64,000 nucleotides of DNA from the human T2T-CHM13v2.0 reference genome, Homo sapiens, in NCBI RefSeq assembly GCF_009914755.1, contig NC_060930.1. One strand, given 5' to 3'. Numbering within the stretch: position 1 is the stretch's first letter; each line of letters starts with the position of its first letter. Shown here in pieces: positions 58,471 through 64,000 of the stretch. The translations under genes were made by a program, and so were the position numbers. The notes below the pieces were generated by a model. It ran no database searches and had not been told where the DNA came from. It saw only the letters and a program-made list of their open reading frames with translations.

Positions 58471-61400
58471 AATGAAAGGCATTACATACTGATAAAGGTC
58501 TTAATTCAACAAGAAGGCTTAGCTATCCAAAATGTATATGCACCCAACACTGGAACACCCAGTTTCATAAAACAAGTTTTTCGAGACTTATGAAGAGATT
58601 AAGACAACCACATACTAAGAGTGGGACCACATTATTCAACACCCCTCTGACAGTGTTAGACATATCAAGGCGAAAAACAAAGATAGGGAACTAAACTCCA
58701 CACTTAATCAAATGGACCTAACAGACATCTAAAGAGTACTTCACCCAACAACAACAGAATACACATTTTCCTCATCTGTACATAACACATACTCTCGGAT
58801 CAACCATATGATTTTCCCTAAAACAACTGTAAACAAATTTAAAAAAATCATACCAACCACACTCTCAGTCTACAGCATAATAAATATGAAAATCAATATA
58901 AGAAGTTTTCTCAAAACCATACAATTACATTGAAATTAAACAACCTGCTCCTGAGTAACATTTTAGGGAATGACATGAAGCTATAAATCAAATAATTATT
59001 TGAAAATAATGAAAACAGAGATACAACCTACCAGAATCTCTGGGACACAGCTAAAGCAGTATTAAGTGGAAAGTTTACAGCACTATATGTTTGCATCAGG
59101 AATTTAGAAAGTTCTCAAATTAACAGCCTAACCTTACACCTAGAGGAACTAGAAAAACAAGAGGAAATCAACCCCAAAGTTAGCAGAAGAAAGGAAATAG
59201 CCCAAATCAGAGCTGAATTGAATACAATTGAGATGTGAAAATTCACACAAAAAATCAATGTAACAAGAAGTTGGTTTATTGAAAGGAGGAATAAGATTGA
59301 TAGAATGTTAGCTAGACTAATAAAGAAAAAAGAATATCCAAATAAACACAGTCAGAAGTGACAAAGGTATCATAACCACTGATCCCACAGAAATACCAAG
59401 ATCCTTGGAAACTATTATGAACACCTCTGTGCACACAAACTCGAAAACCTAGAAGAAATCAATAAATCCTTGGAGACATACAACCTCCCAAGATTGAACC
59501 AGGAAGAAATTAAAAACCTGAACAGACCAGTAACAAGTTCTGAAGTTGAATCAGCAATTAAAAACCTACCAACCAAAAAGCCCTGGACCAGACAGATTCA
59601 TAGGCAAATTCTACCCGAGGTATGAAGAAGAGCTGGTGCCAATCCTACTGAAATTATTCCACAAAATTGAGGAGGAAGGATTCCTCACTAACTCATTCTA
59701 TGAGGCCAGCATCATTCTGACACCAAAACCTGGCAGACACACACACACAAATTTCAGGCCGATATCCCTGATGAACATGGATGCAAAAATCCTCAGCAAA
59801 ATATTAGCAAACTGAACAGAGCAGCACATCAAAAAGCTAATCCACCATGATCAAGTAGGTTTTATTCTTGAGAATCAAGGTTGGTTCAACCTACACAAAT
59901 CAATAAATGTGATTCATCAAATAAACAGTACTAAAAATACCATATGATAATCTCAATAAATGCAGAAAAACTTTGAAAATACTCAACATCTCTTTGTGCT
60001 AAAAATCCTCAACAAACTAGGCATCAAAAGAACGTAACTCAAAATTGTAAGAGCCATTTATGACAAACCCACAGCCAACATCATATTAAATGGGCAAAAG
60101 CTAGAACCATTCCCTTTGAGAACTGGAAAAAGACAAGGATGTCCCCTCTCACTAGTCCTATTCAACATTGTACTGGAAGTTCTAGCCAGAGCAATCAGGC
60201 AATGGTAAGAAATAAAATATATCCAAATAGGAAGAGAGGAAGTCAAACCATCTGTCTTCACAGAAGATATAATTCTATACTGAGAAAACCGCATAGTCTC
60301 TGCCCCAAAATTCCTAGATCTGATAAACAACTTCAGTAAAGTTTCAGGTATAAAATCAGTGTCAAAAAATTAAGAGGATTTCTATATACCAATAATGTCT
60401 GACAGCCAAATCAAGAACACAGTCCGACCTATAATATCCACAAAAGGAGTAAAGTACTTAGTAATACAGCTAACCAATGTACAAGTTTGATAAAGAAGCA
60501 AGGCCCAACAGTGTGCTGTCTTCATAAGACCTATCTCACAGGCAATGACACCCAGATGCTCAAAGTAAAGGGGTGGGGAAAGATCTGTCAATCTAAGAGA
60601 AAACAACAGAGTAGGAGTTGCTATTCTCGTTTCAGACAAAACAGACTTTAAAGCAAGTACGATTTGAAAGGAAAGTGAAAGGCATTACATATTGATGAAG
60701 AGCTCAATTCAACAAGAAGACTTAATTATCCAAAATATATATGCACTTGACACTGGATTCATAAAACAGGTTTTTAGAGACTTATGAAGAGATTTAGACA
60801 ACCACACACTTTTGTTTTGTATAGTGCTGAAAGAAATCAGAGACAACACAAACAAACTGAAAAACATTCTGTGATAATGGATAGGAAGAATCAATATTAT
60901 TAAAATGGCCATACTGCCCAAAGAAATTTATAGATTCAATGCTCTTGCTATCAAACTACTCATATATTTTTTCACAGCATTAGATAAAACTATTACAAAA
61001 TTTACATGAAACCAAAAAATAGCCCAGATATTCAAAGCACTCCTACACAAAAGGAACAAAGCCAGAGGCATCACACCACCCAACTTCAAACTATACTACA
61101 AGCCTACAGTAATAAAAACAGCATAGTACTGGTAGAAAAACAGACACATAGGCCTATGGAATAGGCTAGAGAAATGAGAAATAAAGTTGCACACCTACAA
61201 CCATCTGTTCTTTGACAAAGTTGACAATAAGAAGCAATGGGGAAAGGACTTTCTGTTTAAAAAATGGTGTTGGAATAAGTGTTTAGCCATATGCAGAAGA
61301 TTGAAACCCCTTCTTTCAGTATATGCAAAAATTAACTCAAGACAGATTAATGACTTAAATGTAAGACCTAGAACTAAAAAACCCTAGAAGAAAATCTAGG

Positions 61401-62664
61401 GTTTTCAGGAAATTTCATTTCTAGAAATATTCCAGACATAGACCTTGGCAAAGATTTTATGGCAAAGTATTCAAAAGCAATTGCAACAAAAAAATGGAGA
61501 AGTGGGGCTTAATTCAACTAAAGATCTTCTGCACAGCAGAAGAAACCATCAACAGAGTAAACAGACAACCTACAGAATGAGACAAAATATTCACAAACTA
61601 TGCTCCAACAAAGGTCTAATATCCAGAATCTACAAGGAACTTAAACACCAACAATGAAACAGCAAAATATCACATTACAAATTAGACAAAGGACATGAAC
61701 AAATACCTCTCAAAAGAAGACATACCCATGGCTAATAAGCATATGGAAAAATGCTCAACAGCACTAGTCATTAGAGAAATGCAAATCAAAACCACATTGA
61801 CTTACCATCTCACACAATCAGAATGGCTATTATTAAAAAGTCAAAAAATAACATGTTGGTGAGGTTGTGGAAAAAACGAAACAAAACACCTGTACACTGC
61901 TTGGGGGAATGGAAGTTATTCCAGCCACTTGTGGAAAGCAGTCTGAAGATTTCTCAAAGAACTTAAAACACAGCTACCATTCAGCCCAGCAATACTCCCT
62001 GGGTATACATCCAAAGGAATACAAATGCACGTGCACTTGTATGTTCAACACAACATTATTCGCATTAGCAAAGACACGGAATCAACCTAGATGACCATCA
62101 ACAGTGGACTGGATAAAGAAAATATGGTACATATGCACCATGGAATACTATGCAGCCATAAAAAGAAATAAAATCGTGTCCTTTGCAGTAATGTAGATAT
62201 AGCTGATGGCCATGATTCTAAGTGAATCAATGCAGGAACAGAAAACCAAATATTGCATGTTTTCACTTGTAAGGGGGAGTTAAACACTGTAAATGCAGAC
62301 ATAAAGAAGAGACAAATAGACACTGGAGCCTACTACAGGCTGGAAAGTGATGATTGAAAAACCACCAATCGGTACTATGCTCGCTACCTGGGTGATGAAA
62401 TGGTTTGTACACCAAACCCCAGTGACACACAATTTAAACACGTAACAAACCTGCACATGTACCTCCTGAACCTAAAATAAAAGTTGAAAAGGAAAAAATC
62501 AAGACTATACACCCAAATGTCTATATAATTTATATTTAATACAAATATGTAGACTTTTTAATATGTTTAACTTCCACAGGCAGTATAGCCACATTATCAT
62601 CAACTTTTTCTACTTGATTGATTGAACTATATTTTTATATATTTTAATATAAAAAATTCCTTCA

Positions 62665-63197
<533 letters not shown>

Positions 63198-63519
63198 TCA
63201 TTTGTCCTGGCATTTGAAAATGACAGGATAGAAGTAATTGAGTTTCTGTTGCTTCATCTTACATTCACTGTGCTATTGTTGCTTATTTCAAACCTACTGT
63301 TTAAATGCAGAAATATAAAGCACTGCCTAGGTGGAAGACAAAAATGTCACCAGAACAAAGCTCCATACTACTACAAATTCTTGAAACCAACATATGTACC
63401 TGAGCACTAAATAACTAGGGGTTCTTTAAATTAACTTCTGTGTGAAGTATAATATTTATTTTAAAAATATCTAACAAAAATTGCATTATGTAGCATAACA
63501 TGTATTGTGCAACTGCAAC

Positions 63520-63667
63520 AATAGTTTAGAACATAAACATTATAGATAGATATGTTCATATAGATAGATAATATGTATATGTTTAAAACTGTTGTTTAGA
63601 TAGTTTGATTTAGAACAACATATCTATTGTTTAGGTAGTTTAGAACATAGATAATAGTTTAGAACAC
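63520..63667. repeat. Degenerate local repeat of (TAG)TTTAGAACA / TAGATA motifs
   Basis: 'tagtttagaaca' three times, 'tttagaaca' once more, 'ttgtttag' twice, several 'tagata'. Confidence 0.6.
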
Positions 63668-64000
63668 TAATATATTTTTATATCAGTGATAAAAATTATA
63701 TTGTGATAATAAAAAGGACTAATTTTGAGTATTATTATTATTTTTAATTATCTATGAAGAAATGCATCACCTTATTGCCTGCTCCTGCCAGCCAACTCCG
63801 ACTGCCCAGCCCTTGATGCTCCAGGGCCACTTGATGAACTGTTCCAAGCACCTGCCCTCTTTCTTTCTGTTTTAATCTACCTAACTCCTACTGGTCCTAA
63901 AACTTTTTTATCTTTCTCTTCTCCATATTTCCTGATTCTCCTCCCTTTCTTCCTTCTATGGCATTGTAGCATGTTCTTATACATTTAATTTAGTATTTTT

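Overview
AT-rich primate genomic DNA, most likely human/ape given AluY/AluS elements and an L1PA3-like fragment. It is dominated by decayed transposable elements: LINE-1 of several ages (L1PB, L1PA, L1MA/MC/MD-like), six Alus, a Tigger1 DNA transposon, MLT1/MLT2/MER34-like LTRs, MIR/L2 remnants and microsatellites. I recognise no intact protein-coding gene, RNA gene or CRISPR array; nearly all long ORFs in the track are L1 ORF1/ORF2, Tigger1 transposase or Alu/LTR read-through fragments. I cannot support a new biological system here. The most notable structures are: (1) a TSD-bounded chimeric retro-insertion inside Tigger1, made of an inverted L1 ORF2 piece plus a polyadenylated non-L1, MIR-containing tail (3' transduction with twin priming); (2) four twin-primed inverted L1 insertions; (3) a ~330-bp templated duplication inside an old L1 that preserves the empty site of a TSD-less, polyA-less young L1 insertion; and (4) a speculative set of minus-strand exon-like segments that could belong to a spliced host transcript. 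Subfamily names come from recalled consensus features and need RepeatMasker confirmation.
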